Source: Nageia nagi
Taxonomy: Eukaryota; Plantae; Pinophyta
NCBI GenBank assembly: GCA_050084985.1
Contig: JBITNC010000001.1
Location: 199,516,001 to 199,580,000, forward strand
DNA length: 64,000 bases
Direction: 5' to 3'
Shown here: piece by piece, positions 1 to 12,511 of the stretch
How positions within the stretch are numbered: position 1 is the stretch's first letter
Layout: each line of letters opens with the position of its first letter
Position numbers and translations under genes: made by a program
Notes under the pieces: model-generated
What the model was told of the DNA's origin: nothing
Seen by the model: only the letters and a program-made list of their open reading frames with translations
Databases searched by the model: none

Positions 1-248
1 AGAGAAAATAATAAAATGCAGAAGAATGAAGGTTGTAGGAAATTTCTTTTGCATTAAACAAAGAATTACTCTAGCATTATGGCCCAAAATCAAAGTCAAG
101 AAGTTCGAATTTATTTGATTTGGCATTTTTAGTTGTTATATCCCAGTTCATTGCTTATCAGTATTGCTACATGTGTCCAACGAACAAATACTGATATTCT
201 CTTCATGCATAAACTTCAAACTTAATGAAGGGATGGAATTTTGTGCAG

Positions 249-406
249 GGTGATTATTCACAGCCTCACCTAAGTCCCCGTCATTTTGAACAACCATTCT
301 ATACTCTTTCATTGATCTCAGAATGCATGCTGGTGTTTGGACAAGTTATCACAATGGATCATCCTGGTCAATATGAAGGCTCATTCAAGCTTTCTCTCAA
401 AGCTGG
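249..406 (+). CDS. ALKBH10: Internal coding exon of an ALKBH10-clade AlkB/2OG-Fe(II) dioxygenase (m6A RNA demethylase family); upstream exons lie outside the window
   Basis: Acceptor tgcag at 244-248 and donor gtatgt at 407. Encodes GDYSQPHLSPRHFEQPFYTLSLISECMLVFGQVITMDHPGQYEGSFKLSLKAG, matching the plant ALKBH10 catalytic segment. The phase-2 end (GG) joins T1200 to give in-frame Gly. Confidence 0.88.
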
Positions 407-1199
407 GTATGTACTTATTATTAATTATAAGACTGCTAGATTTCACATGTTTGTTTACTTAGTTGGGAATCAGCGATAATTGGAGTCCTTTGCTCCTAGA
501 TAGAGTGCACTGAAGCACATGACATATTTGCAGAAAAGAATTTTAAATTTAAAAAAGTGAGGCAGGAATGGGAGGCTCTTGGTTCAAGTCGTAGCTGGGT
601 CCATTTTGAACTAATTAGCAATTCAGTGTGTGAAGATAATTTTCCATATACTGGTAGGCAAGTTGCGAATGTTACTCTAAAAGGAACATGGACAATAAAT
701 TGTAATCAATAGTCATGTTGCAGTTTGCTTTCTTATGTTTGTTGGTATCGTACTAGATTTTAGTTTACTAAATTTGCTATTATAGTCTACACTGAAACTC
801 AGTTAAGCAAGCTGAAAGTTCTTTTGAAAACTAATTATTTACAATGCTTGTTTACATGTCAATTAATATTATTATACATAGTGGAGGATGTTTTGTACTG
901 GATCAAGTTTCTTGTCAAAACATTTCCTTATCTAGTCGCTAGAGTTTGTGTTATTGATAGTCATGTAGACTTATACCACGAATACTTAGCAATTAGCATA
1001 TATGCTCTGTGGTTGTTATTGTGGTTTATATCTTAACGCTCTGTATTATATTACACCATGGCTGTGGATTGTTATTATTTCTGTAAATTGTCGAGTCAAT
1101 GACCAAGCATAGTGATGTTTGTTCTAAGAACTTCAATTTGGGACTTAAATTTGACAGCCTTGATCTTCTTATACTGAATTTATGCATTCTTTCATGCAG
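407..1199 (+). other. GT-AG intron (793 bp) of the ALKBH10-like gene
   Basis: gtatgt...ttcatgcag, T-rich. Removing it gives continuous KLSLKAG-SMLTMQG homology. Confidence 0.85.
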
Positions 1200-1962
1200 T
1201 TCTATGTTAACTATGCAAGGGCACAGTGTGGACGTAGCAAGACATGCAATCTGTTCTTCACCAAAACGACGGGTTACTATTACTTTTGCAGAAATACAAC
1301 CTAAGAAGGCCCATGATTTCCAATCCTCACTTTCTGGCCTTCAACATCCTCCTTCACTGTCAGTAATACCTTTGCCAGTTGTTCACCGATCAAATGGAAA
1401 CACTCAAATCAATTCCCATTCTTTGGGAAGGATAACAAATTCTGCAGTACTCCATTATAAAACTGGTCCACCACTGGGAGCATTGAAACTACCCCTAATG
1501 CCCCATCTTGTAGCAGCTCAAGGAATTCAACCTTATATTACAGGTATAGAAGCCCGCCAATTGGCTTATCCACCTCTAGCACTCTTAGCAGCAAGATGGC
1601 CTAGACATAAATCTGGCACTGGAGTATTTCTTCCATATGAAGAGTCTGCAGCTGATTCACATTGTCCTCTATCCTCGTCTCAGCAGCAGCAAGGGCTAGT
1701 TTTGCTTTCACAGAATGATCTCTCTGCAGCTGACATAGTTTATGCCAGGTCTCCTAGATCTTCATATTCTACAAGTAGGTCATCAAAGGCTATACCAGCC
1801 AACCATGTGTCACTTAACAATCTTGATAGATCTATGAGACACTCCTGCTTTCTTTCTTCTTCAAAATATCCTATTAGTTCAATCGCTCCTACTGCTACAT
1901 CAAAAGCTACCACAAAAGATGCTGAGGAGGATACATTGAGTCACTCCAAAATTGGAATCTAA
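1200..1962 (+). CDS. ALKBH10: Terminal coding exon of the ALKBH10-like gene
   Basis: Acceptor ttcatgcag ends at 1199. Encodes SMLTMQGHSVDVARHAICSSPKRRVTITF (distal His and Arg of the 2OG fold), a Pro/Ser-rich region, and the ALKBH10-typical GTGVFLP motif. Stop TAA at 1960-1962. Confidence 0.85.
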
Positions 1963-2072
1963 TATGAATGGAACAATTAAAGATAATGATGGAAGTTTAG
2001 TAACAGACTCAGTGATTACAATATGAATGTGTTGATGATACGAGTACATTCTGCATTCGTTGCAATTTAGTT

Positions 2073-2520
2073 GTGAATTTGCCAACAGTAGAACACGACA
2101 ACTTTTGATTTTTCTTGGTGAGATGACATTAGAGAGTTAGAGTTCTGTAGTTGGATTCATTTGAATAGAAGGATGCACTGCATCTGTCGATTCTCTTTCA
2201 TGAGGTTTCTATTCGAGTCTGCAGCCAAAATTACTGAAGTAATAGAAATTATGAGATTATTATTGTTTGAAAAAGAAGGCTAATGCTAAATAAGTCGTGA
2301 ATTTGCCAACGGTAGAACACGACAACTTTTGATTTTTCTTGGTGAGATGACCTTATAGAGTTAGAGTTCTGTAGTTGGATTAATTTGCATAGAAGGATGC
2401 ACTGCATCTGTCTATTCACTTTCATGAGGTTTCTATTCGAGGCTGCAGCCAAAATTACCGAAGTAATAGAAATTATGACATTATTATTGTTTGAAAAGGA
2501 GGGCTAGTGCTATATAAGAT
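2073..2520 (+). repeat. Tandem duplication, 2 x ~224 bp, in the probable 3' UTR/flank of ALKBH10
   Basis: gtgaatttgccaac(a/g)gtagaacacgac starts at both 2073 and 2297. The copies are colinear with scattered substitutions. Confidence 0.93.
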
Positions 2521-4432
2521 ATTTACATTGATTTTGTTCTTCAACTGTCTAGTAAAGTACTCTATTCAGATAAATGATTTCTATTTTTCATATAGTTTCA
2601 TTGTTTTAGCCAATATGCAGTGCACTAAACAATATCATAATGCTGTTCAAATTGAAATTATTAGTAATCCATAACGAAATCAATTTTTTGACATTGTATG
2701 ACTTCATAAGAATTGTTGGTAACCACTGGATTTAGAATAAAGTCTTGTAAAGAAGAGCTCAGAGCCTGTGACATGTCATTGCAGAAATAGAGAACTAGAC
2801 ATGCAATATAAGAAAATGATTAATAGAATTTACTAATGCTTGTTATGTAGAGTCTGTTCTTTATTTGTTTGTTGGAGAGGTCTTACATGACCTTAGATCA
2901 AAGATTGCATGGAATTCTTTGGATGGCATAATCAGGACAATGTGAGGAAATTACCCAACATAACAAATGAAGGTCAGCACGCCAACTTTAGCACAAGCGC
3001 AAAGAAAGTCCTGCATCTTCTAATACAGAAATTATCGTATATGGCTAGAGAGCTGCAAGATTCCCTTTAAAATAGATAACTTGTCACGCTTAATAGATCA
3101 TCTTGAAAATTACCTTGCTAGATGAAATATAGTTTTGTTAGGATGAGTAGGTTACCCGAAACTTGCTAATTGGCCATGCAGCGACTTCAATAATTGCCCC
3201 TTTCCAGTGTGAAAGACCAGCAAAAAGACAACTTAAGAGTCAGTGGACATTCATCGGGCAACAATTGTAGGACTTTCTCCTCACATAGCTGAATAGATGT
3301 CTAGTATCTTCTTGGTCTTTTTTTCCTGGAACATTCCTTGCTTGGAAGATATCTCGTGGCCAATCCCTTTCTTGCAAAATTTAAAATGCAGTTTAACCCA
3401 TTTAGATCCAACCAGTCTGGCCATGAAGCTTATTTGGCCAAAAAAGGTGAGTTGTAGAGCATGACATGTTTTCTTAAGGATCACGCGTTGCCAACATTTT
3501 AGATTAACACTACTTAATAAAATCAGAGACAAGATGGTGGCGCCGCAAGACATGGAAATACAGGAGCAGAAACTAATCCATATTTGCTCTTTTGTGCATC
3601 TGTCTCGTTGTTAGGCCATGCTAGATGCCTTCGCATCTCACATTTCATTGAGGATGCAATATTTAATTAATTGTATTCGCCGATCTGCAGCTACAATGAA
3701 CATATTGATTGCTCTCTCAAACGATGCCGTACAGAATAAATATAAACAATCAAGCAAGCCAACGAAAGAATGACAGTCCAGCGTCTGTAAACTATTCGAT
3801 CATTTAAATTTTTCTGCCGTGAGTAACCAAAATTAAAATAAGGAAAAACTAATCAATAGTTTCAAGGACATCAACACACAGCCAGCGAGACAAACAAGCA
3901 AGTCCTGCGCTGCCATAAAGCCTGCTGCAGCTGCAGGACTATATTTGTATATCCATTGTAGTAACTTTTAAAAAAAAAATACAATGTGCTGGCCGTACCA
4001 CATAGGATTCTCTGTTACCACCACCTGTTGTCACGTTCAACGTTTATCGAGTCTCGACCATAAAAGAATACCAACTGGTAAGTTTTGGGGAAGTACAGAC
4101 AACTCCGAGAATTCTACATATCGAAACGTTAAAAACCTTTATACTGCAATTCTTGTCTTCAAAGGGGAGCTGGTTTTTTCCCTTACATTTTTGTGTTGTG
4201 GCGTTACGGATGTTGGTCTGAATCCATTTATCTTATCCTGGGTACCTAGTCTTGCTTCTCTGCTTGTTTGCATTGGTTCTGTCGGATTCCAACGTGGTGC
4301 ATGGAAGAAGAGAAGATAAATAAATAATTGAGAATAAATGATGGAAAAAATCCAGCATGTGTAGGAGAGTTGGAGAGAGGGGTGGTTGAAATCTCTCAAG
4401 TGGATAATGAGATTCAAATAAAATAAAGATTG

Positions 4433-4434
<2 letters not shown>

Positions 4435-4510
<76 letters not shown>
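4435..4510. repeat. (AT)38 microsatellite
   Basis: Perfect AT dinucleotide run of 76 bp. Confidence 0.97.
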
Positions 4511-4513
<3 letters not shown>

Positions 4514-5449
4514 GAGAGTTGTGAATATTGATATTACCTTTAAACTTTAAGGTCAAGGTAGTAAATCAAACCTCACTCTTAGAGTATGGGATCTCTTGAC
4601 TTTTAGAGTTTGAGATCACTATGGAGAATAAGGGATACAATGGTAGCTTCAAAAGATGTTATCAATTTTTTTTCTAAAAAAATTAACTAAATATTGATGT
4701 TACTTTTATAATTAATTCTAATTAGTTAGGTTTAAAGGTAAAGATCTCATATCCATAATTTATGTTTTTAGGGGTTTCATGTATTTATGTTCTTAACATT
4801 TTGTACTATTTGATTTGTAATATTTTTAATGCATGCTTTGTTTCATGGAATTGTGTATGTTGGTGTGTCTTCTTATCACATGAATATTTTCATTTATTAT
4901 AGGTTTTGTTTATCATTTTGGAGTAGAAGGGGTTCTTTAAGCTTAGGTGGGATGATCATATTTTCCTATGAGGTTATATAACTTGAGAGGTGCTTCTTTA
5001 GCTAATTAACATTTACTAATAAATGTGGGTGCATGAACATTTGAAAATCTTATTTTGGCCATTGCAATACATTTTTTCTAGGTAACTATCAAGCAATGAT
5101 GATTGGCACCATCAAGTCCCTCAAAGGAAGATTGGATGGTATCTCCTCTTAGGCAAGTTGACATTTAACAAGAGCGTATAAATTGTATCATCTTAAGCAA
5201 GGTATAGTAGATGATTGTTAAGAAGTGATTATTATAGTCTTCATAAGATAACTAACAAAGTTTTTTATCATCTAGAGCAAATGGATTGATAGAGTTCCTC
5301 CTAAGCGATATGAGCCTAAGTCAAGGAAACATGGAATGAAGCCCAATCTTTGTATACCTGATGGTAGAAGAGTACCTTGATTTATGATGTTGCATTTGAT
5401 AATTGTTGAAGCGCAAAAGCATTTTAAAATTCAAACCCAGAAAGAGTGG

Positions 5450-6592
5450 AAAAGGAGATAGTAGCTTGGGAGACCAACTTGATCCATATTGCAACCACCG
5501 AGAAGCATGTGACATCATATCTCGGTAACTTCCATAGGGTCCAACCCTACTTAGGGGAGGGGGAGGGCCTCTAAGATTATTAAAAGGAACGAAACAAAAG
5601 GGGTTAATAAGTGTCATAGGCATTCCACTCTAAATCCAAAGAAATGCCTATCGTATTTCTTTGACCAACATACAAAATCAAGAACAAGGATGTACTTTGC
5701 AAGATTTTGTGCAAACATAGATGCCACAAAACCTCTCTATAACAAAATATGTCTCAAGAATAGAAATGGAAAGCATTTTCAAGAAATGTCCTATGATCTA
5801 AATCCAATGCCATGCAACATTTGTATAATATATGAGCATTTGGCTAAGGATTACCCAACTAGAAAGACTCAAGACAAAAAATAAAAATAAATAATGGAAA
5901 CAAATAAGGAAAGTATTTGATGACATTGAACAAATAGTTGAGAAGGGAAAAGAAAAAATACAAAATATTCATGAGGTTAACTCATTTAGAAACATAATAG
6001 GAAACTTAAAGATAGTGAACAATATTATAAGAACACTAGTTAAATCTATAACAACAAAAATATCACTAGCAAAAATGAATGCTACAAATGAAAATTATTT
6101 TGACATCTTAAAAGATATCATAGAAGAATTCAAGGAGGAAAATATAGAAAATATTTTGGCACAAGTCTAGGAAACACAATTTCAATCTCAAGTACAAGTT
6201 GAGAGCATACACTAGAAAAGGAGACTCTAATGATCGAACAAAATGAAAATGAAACAAAAATATTAGAGTAAGGGGAAAGGAAAATAAGGAGAGTGAAGAA
6301 AATGGGTAAGAAAAAGATAAAAAGGGTTGTTAAATAGAAGTACATAACAAAAGTAGAAAAGGAAAATAAGGAAATGATAAAGAAATTCAAACTTATAACA
6401 AGATGGTTTTGTACAAGGAATACAAATCGCAAATGAGATAATAATTATCCATACAATTAAAGCAAGTAAAGAGGAAGCAATGTTATTCCTTATGATAAAG
6501 TCACTTGGAGCTTTCTAATGTTGGTTCTACATAAATTTGGGTTTGGAGAAAAATGGGAAAATTGGGTTTCATAATGCATATCTACACCAAAA
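5450..6592 (+). mobile_element. L1 LINE, 5' piece: ORF1 remnant (zinc-knuckle region) fused to the start of the RT core; start approximate
   Basis: FARFCANIDATKPL..Q..YD..P.PCNIC...EHLAKDYP is the plant L1 ORF1 CX2CX4HX4C region. ~6498-6592 reads YDKVTWSFLMLVLHKFGFGEKWENWVS*CISTPK (L1 RT). Confidence 0.8.
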
Positions 6593-8269
6593 TGTGACGT
6601 ACCCCTTGCATGGTCTTAATTATACAAGGAATCCAATAGGTTCCTCTTGTAATATATTTTATTATAGCATTGTAATTTCATATTTGTAACTTGGGATAGA
6701 ATACTTAATGGGTCAATGGACTCCACTGTGAGCCCCCAGTGGGACGTCTCCCTCCCAACTCTAGTTTATGTGTTATTATTGCATTTGGAGATCCCAATGT
6801 TGCTTGTGGGAATTCGAAGGTCTATTATTACACTAAGATGATGGATGGACACTTATATGCTTGCACTAGCCTTGAAGAGGCTCCCATACCCCCACGTTGG
6901 CCCTTCATGGAACCTAGACCCTACGTTTGCCCCTTTGACCCACATGGGCATGCATGGCACTCTTAGAACCCCACATTGGCATGTATAATACTAAGCACAT
7001 CTTCTAAGTGTAGCATCTAGGAGGGATTTTAGGTTGAGGGATCTTGATCATATACGACATTGGTGTAGCACCTTTTCCCACCTCGTGGTATTCTGAGGTA
7101 TTAATTTTACCTTTAGTGATAAGCTAGGGTTTGAGGAGGTCTCCTTTGGTGGAGAGGATTCAGAAAGAGGGTGCATATTGTCCCATGGTTCTGATATCAT
7201 TCTAGTAATGAAAGACACATTGTTATGTCCCAATTGGCTCCTTGGAGGCTAATGTCAGCCCTCTTGGGCTTGGTATTGTATTGTTGATCATTTCGTATTA
7301 TATATACAACCATTGGGCATTGGATCTCATATTTTGTGTTGTGTATACTTATCTTATGCATCATTGGTTTACTTTTGTATGTATTCATGTGTATGGTCCA
7401 GATGTTAGCATTGTGAGCTTGTATTGGTTGCTATCTACTTGTACTAGCTAGATGTTGGCATATTTGCATTGTTAATACTTCAAGTGGATGCCTTAGCTTA
7501 GATGTTGTCATTGTTGTGTTGTTTATGCTTGCAAATGATGCCCTAGGCCTGATGTTAGGGTTGGAGGGTTTAAATCTGCTAATTTGCTCTCGAGAGTTTG
7601 TTTGAATCCTTATAATGGTATTAGATCTTGGATATGACCATCCTATGAGGTTAAGACCCAACTAGAAGCAAAATGAACTAGTAGATCAGGAGGTCCTACA
7701 CTTAAAAGGCCAATTTTGGGTCAAAATGATAATTTTTCAAAAAAATTTGAATTCCTATACTAAGTTGTATAGGGTTAGGAGGATATATCTATAGATATGA
7801 AGGCCATTTATAGGTATAAAAAGACTTGATCTCTCATCTTGGCTAATTAGAAAAATTTAATATGAAGGTTTCAAGTTTTTGAGTTAGGGTTTTGAAGATT
7901 ATGGCACTATGGGAAGAAATAGAGAAGTATGATAAGCTCATACATCTCTACAGATCATTGGCCACATAAATACAAAAACAAACCTAGGATTTACATGCAT
8001 TTTCCCAAAGAGACTCCCCAAGAAGAGACATTGGGGGTTACACCATACCTAGATCATTCTGACCTGGCTGTAGGAGAGAGTATGGGAAAAATGACATTAG
8101 ATCTAGAAAAGGTTTTAGATCTCAAGACACTCTTAATGCAAAAAGAAGAATTCAACATTCTCCACCATTATATTCATCTCTACAATGGCTATAAAAATAC
8201 CAAGAAAGAATTTCGAGGGAATCAAGAGGAATTGTTAAGATTCCTAGATTCTATGGTAAGGATAGACAA

Positions 8270-8420
8270 GGAGTCTTAGCATCACATTTTGGGCATAGAG
8301 GAAGTCTAGTACCCCATGCTAGACATAAAGAAGTATTAGCACCCAACGTTGGACTAGGAAGAGGTTTAGCACCCCATGTTGAGCACCAAGGATCTTGGGC
8401 ACCCAATGTTGGATAAGAAG
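8270..8420 (+). repeat. Degenerate 30-bp tandem array, ~5 units
   Basis: Core (g)caccc(c/a)a(c/t)gttg recurs every 30 bp. Confidence 0.8.
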
Positions 8421-10319
8421 GAGAATTGGTAAAGGAAGAATCTTGGAAAATCCATGTTGACACCCTAAAAATGTATGGAAGAAATTCTAATTTCTATAAC
8501 AGTAATTTAGAAACTTTGCATGGTATTGTTGAAAGTAATATTATTGGGAAGAAAGAGGAAAGAGCCATTGTTGTTTTAGATTTGGTTTCTAGAAATAGTA
8601 GTAAGGAAAGTAAAGATGGCCTTGAATCTAACATGGAGGAAGATAAAGATTTCAAAGAAACGAATACTATTTCAGATCTTAGAAAATATGAAATTATTGT
8701 ATCACCACATGAGGTATGTAAAGTAGAGCTACAAGATGTTTCCTTCAAAATGCAATCACACCTATTTGTTGAGAATGTACTAAAGAACAAGAATCTTGAT
8801 GTAGATGTGAATGTTGAAACTTTTCAATCAGCTTGTGAGTATGCACACACTAGTTTCATGCTTTGGTTTCATTGTGTGATGTGTGGAAAGAATCAATTCT
8901 TCATGTGAATTGCAATAGTCTTCTAGCTCCATGGGATTCAGGTGTTGTAGCAGACAATGGAAGACTAAGAAGGTTGGAGGTAATCATGGGGAATGAAAAT
9001 GAAAGCATGAAGGTTTCCAAATAAGCTTTATAGGGGAAAGGGAAAATAGTTTTAGTCTATGATGAAGGACTTGATGATCCTTGCAACTACTTGGATCTTT
9101 GGCACATGACATGGGGCGATGATCTCACTTGTTTTAGCTCAATTTGGTTGTTTTTGTGTTGGCAATAACATGAGAAGCACATCATACTTTCTCATGACAT
9201 ATTACTTGTAGCTAAAACATCAACAAGAAGGGAGGTACACTTGTTGATTTTTATGGCCATTATTCATCATTGTTTGGGGTAAGGAATCATGTCATTTTAG
9301 AATTTACTTTGGTACTCTAAAAGGCTACAATATATGAGGATAACTAATGCACTATTAATAGGTTTTACTCTTCATATTTTTATTTGATAAGGGCTGATTC
9401 AAAAGGGAAATATTCAGATATGATTTTAGCTTTCTTTGAGCTAAGTTGGTATATTTCAAGGGAAATAATTGATAAGGGAATATGGAAAACTATTTGGGAC
9501 ATCTTATCCACTTATGATCCTCATGGTTTCATCTCCAAAATTCAATTGTACAACTACTACCCCAACATCCCTATTTGGAGCTTTACATTCACTGAATTTT
9601 GTGAGAATAATGCAATTAATGGTGTTTAGAAGATCAATATGATTATATACATTTTGTGCTTAATATGGGTTGGGTGTTTAACAATTTTGGAGACCAAATC
9701 CTTGCCTCTTAATACACTAATTATGGAGATAGTTAGGACTAAAATGTTGCTATTGTTTTCAACATTTTGGGTTGCATTCTTCATGACTGATAGAGCTACA
9801 TTTTGTGGTTGTACATGGAAAAGAAAGGCTGTTGATTTAAGGGTTGATGTTCACCCATTAGGCACTACATTTGATAAGGCATGGGCTACATGGACTACTG
9901 TATATTATGAGAAGGATAAGGACTTTGATTGGCTTATTGTTGGCATATTAAGGATTTATTTATTACTTGTTGCTAGTACACAGTTGAAGATTCCATGGAT
10001 GACTATCCTTGTACCATGTTGGGGTATTTTTGAAGAACCAATGTTTCCAACTTCCTTGTTCATTGTAAGAGCTATTATCATGTGTTCGTATGATGCATGA
10101 GGTACATTAAGGACTAATTTTGAGCCATTTCATGTTGATTTCATACTTGAGTATCACACATTCACTAATTTTTGGAGGGGAATGTTTGTTGCTGATTGGA
10201 TGTTCACTAGACCACATTCTTACTTCACATTGTAGGAGATCTATGATGATTTTCCATAGATGGACAATAAATGGTTGGAAATGATTGAGTAGCATCAAAA
10301 GAAGGAGAAAAAACAAGGT

Positions 10320-10960
10320 GTGGCCACATTGGACATGGAGGGGTCATATCATGAGGAGAAGAGCAACGAGGAGCCTCTACACCCCACATTGCACATCAAG
10401 GAGCTTGGGCATGGGACATAGAGTTTGAGGGACCTCTTATTCACCATGTTGAAGCTTAGGAAGGCTAGGTATTGCATAATGATTTTGAAGGGTCTCTTGT
10501 ACCTCACATTTGGCCTAAATAAGGCTTGTTACTTCACATTGAGCCTTAGGGAGTTTTGCTACCCAACGTTGGAGTTGAGGGAGCTTATACCCCCCACATG
10601 GAGCATTCAAGAAGCTTGGATTAGGACATTAGGCTTGGAGGATTTCTTGCATCTGATGTTGGATTTAGGGAGACTTATACACCTCATGCAGGGAGTTGAG
10701 GGACTCTTATACATTATGAAGAGAATGAAGAAGATGGGATACCCCATGTTTAGTTTAGATGAGCTTGGGTTCCCAACGATTGGGTTGATGGAGTGTTGGT
10801 TTCCCACATTGGACTTGGGAAGGGTTAGACACTTGGCATTAGCTTGGGAGATAACTTAGCATCCCATGTTGGAGGATAGGGGAGTTTTTGACCTCACATT
10901 AGTCATTGGAAGAGTTTGGGACCCCACATTGAGCCTAGGGAAGGCCTGGCTTCATCTATG
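10320..10960 (+). repeat. Degenerate 30-bp tandem array, ~20 units, same core as 8270-8420
   Basis: accccac(a/g)ttg-like core at 30-bp spacing. ORF 10425..10859 shows a matching 10-aa periodicity (xxPTLxLxxx). Confidence 0.8.
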
Positions 10961-12511
10961 GAGCATAGGCTTTATTTGTTTATACACACCCATGATTTAC
11001 TTAAGGTTTTTGTAGGTACATCCTTATAGAGATATACATGCCCATGTTTGCTGAGAATAGTTATGAATCAATTGTTAAGGAGTGAAATTTGTAATATATC
11101 AAAGTTTTTGCATGCATTATGGATGCATGAAGATGTGGATTTAGTAGTTCATACAAGACCTATATCATGGAGGGGAGATATTGAAGTTGCATTCCACCAT
11201 GGTAGATTATAGTTTAAAGGATTGAAGGACTCTTGGAAGATAATATGCTATAGTCTTCTACCATTACTTGACGGTAATAAATTTGAGAGGGGAGGCTTTG
11301 TGAAGTCCCTTTGCATGGTTGTAATTAATTAAGGAATCCAATAGGTTCCTCTTGTAATATATTTTATTATAGCATTGTATTTTCATAGTTGTAACTTGGG
11401 ATAGAAGACTTAATGGGGCAATGGACCCCACTATGAGCCCCAAGTGGGATGTCTCCCTTCCAAGTCTAGATTAGGTGTTATTATAACACTTGGAGATTCT
11501 AATCTTAATTATGGGAATCCCAAGGTATGTTATTACACTAAGGTGATGGATGGACATTTATATGCTTACGCCAACCTTAGGGAGGCTCCCAAACCCCCCA
11601 TGTTGGTCCAGCATGGCACCTAGACCCCATATTTGCCCCTTTGATCCATGTGGGCATGTGTGGTACTCCTATACCCCCATGTTGGCATATCTAACCCTTA
11701 GGAACCCACGTTGGGTATTCTAAGCTCCTAAAAGGCCTATGTGGGATTAGAGGACCTAGGTGATGAATCCTAGGTGAGATTCGAATAGAGTTGAGTGTAT
11801 AAAGAGACATTGGAGCCTCATTACTAGATATACCTAATTATTATTATACTTCATATCATATAGAGGATAAGAAGACTTAGCAACGCTAAGAACATCCCCT
11901 AGGTGCAACATCTAGGAGGGCTTTTAGGCTAAGGAATCTTGATCATCTACAAAACTAGTGTAGCATGTTTTCCCACCTGTTGGTATTCTAAGGTATTGCT
12001 TCTACCTTCAATGGTTAGGTAGGGTTTGAAGAGGGCTCCTTTAATGGATAGGATTTAGATTATGAGAGAGCATACTTTACCATGGTTTTGATATCATTCC
12101 ATCATTGAGAGACACATTATTATGCCCCAATTGGCTCCTTCGATGCCAACGTTAGCCCTCTTGGGCTTGGTATTATATTATTGAGCATTTCATATTATAT
12201 CTACAACTATTGGGTAGTGGATCTCATATTCTATGTTGTGTATACTTGTCTTATGCATGGTTGGTTTACTTTTGCATGTATTCATGTGTATGGTCTAGAC
12301 ATTGGCATTATGAACTTGTATTGGTTGCTATCTACTTGTACTGGCAAAATGTTGGCATATTTGAATTGTTAATGCTTTGAGTGGATTCCCTAGCTTAGAC
12401 GTTGGTAGTGCTATGTATTTTATGCTTGTAAATGATGCCCTACGCCTAACATCAGGGTTGGAGGGTTTGAATTTGTTAACTTTCTCTTGAGGGTTTATTT
12501 GGATCCTTACA

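Larger units (their letters stand above)
6593..12511 (+). mobile_element. Non-autonomous Ty3/gypsy-derived LTR retrotransposon (LARD-like) inserted in the LINE RT
   Basis: 5' LTR 6593-7614 (TG..TA, ~190-bp deletion relative to the 3' LTR). PBS tggtattagatc 7616-7627. PPT gagaggggagg before the 3' LTR 11299-12511 (TG..CA). TSD caaaa/taaaa; removal restores LINE frame STPK-FSINING. No RT/INT inside; the end resembles a chromovirus pol tail (SWEDN..LDGNKFERGG). Confidence 0.9.

Noticed and set aside
1099-1199. N-terminus of ORF 1099..1962 (also 225..248 and 407..479 of ORF 225..479)
   Set aside because: Intronic read-through; splice sites and homology limit the exons to 249-406 and 1200-1962.
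2172-2190. atgcactgc similarity to miR408
   Set aside because: Only ~9 nt match and no precursor hairpin was seen.
3901-3940. Short inverted repeat agtcctgc..gcaggact as a MITE or ncRNA
   Set aside because: An 8-bp stem with no TSD or other copies is compatible with chance.
3281-4417. ORFs 3281..3553, 3984..4319 and 4139..4417 as genes
   Set aside because: Short, partly overlapping on opposite strands, no recognisable domain or splice support.
4233-4556. ORF with a poly-(IY) run
   Set aside because: Artefact of translating the (AT)38 microsatellite.
10320-10960. 30-bp periodic array as CRISPR or a host repeat-protein gene
   Set aside because: Degenerate tandem units inside an LTR element; no repeat-spacer structure and no recognisable protein family.
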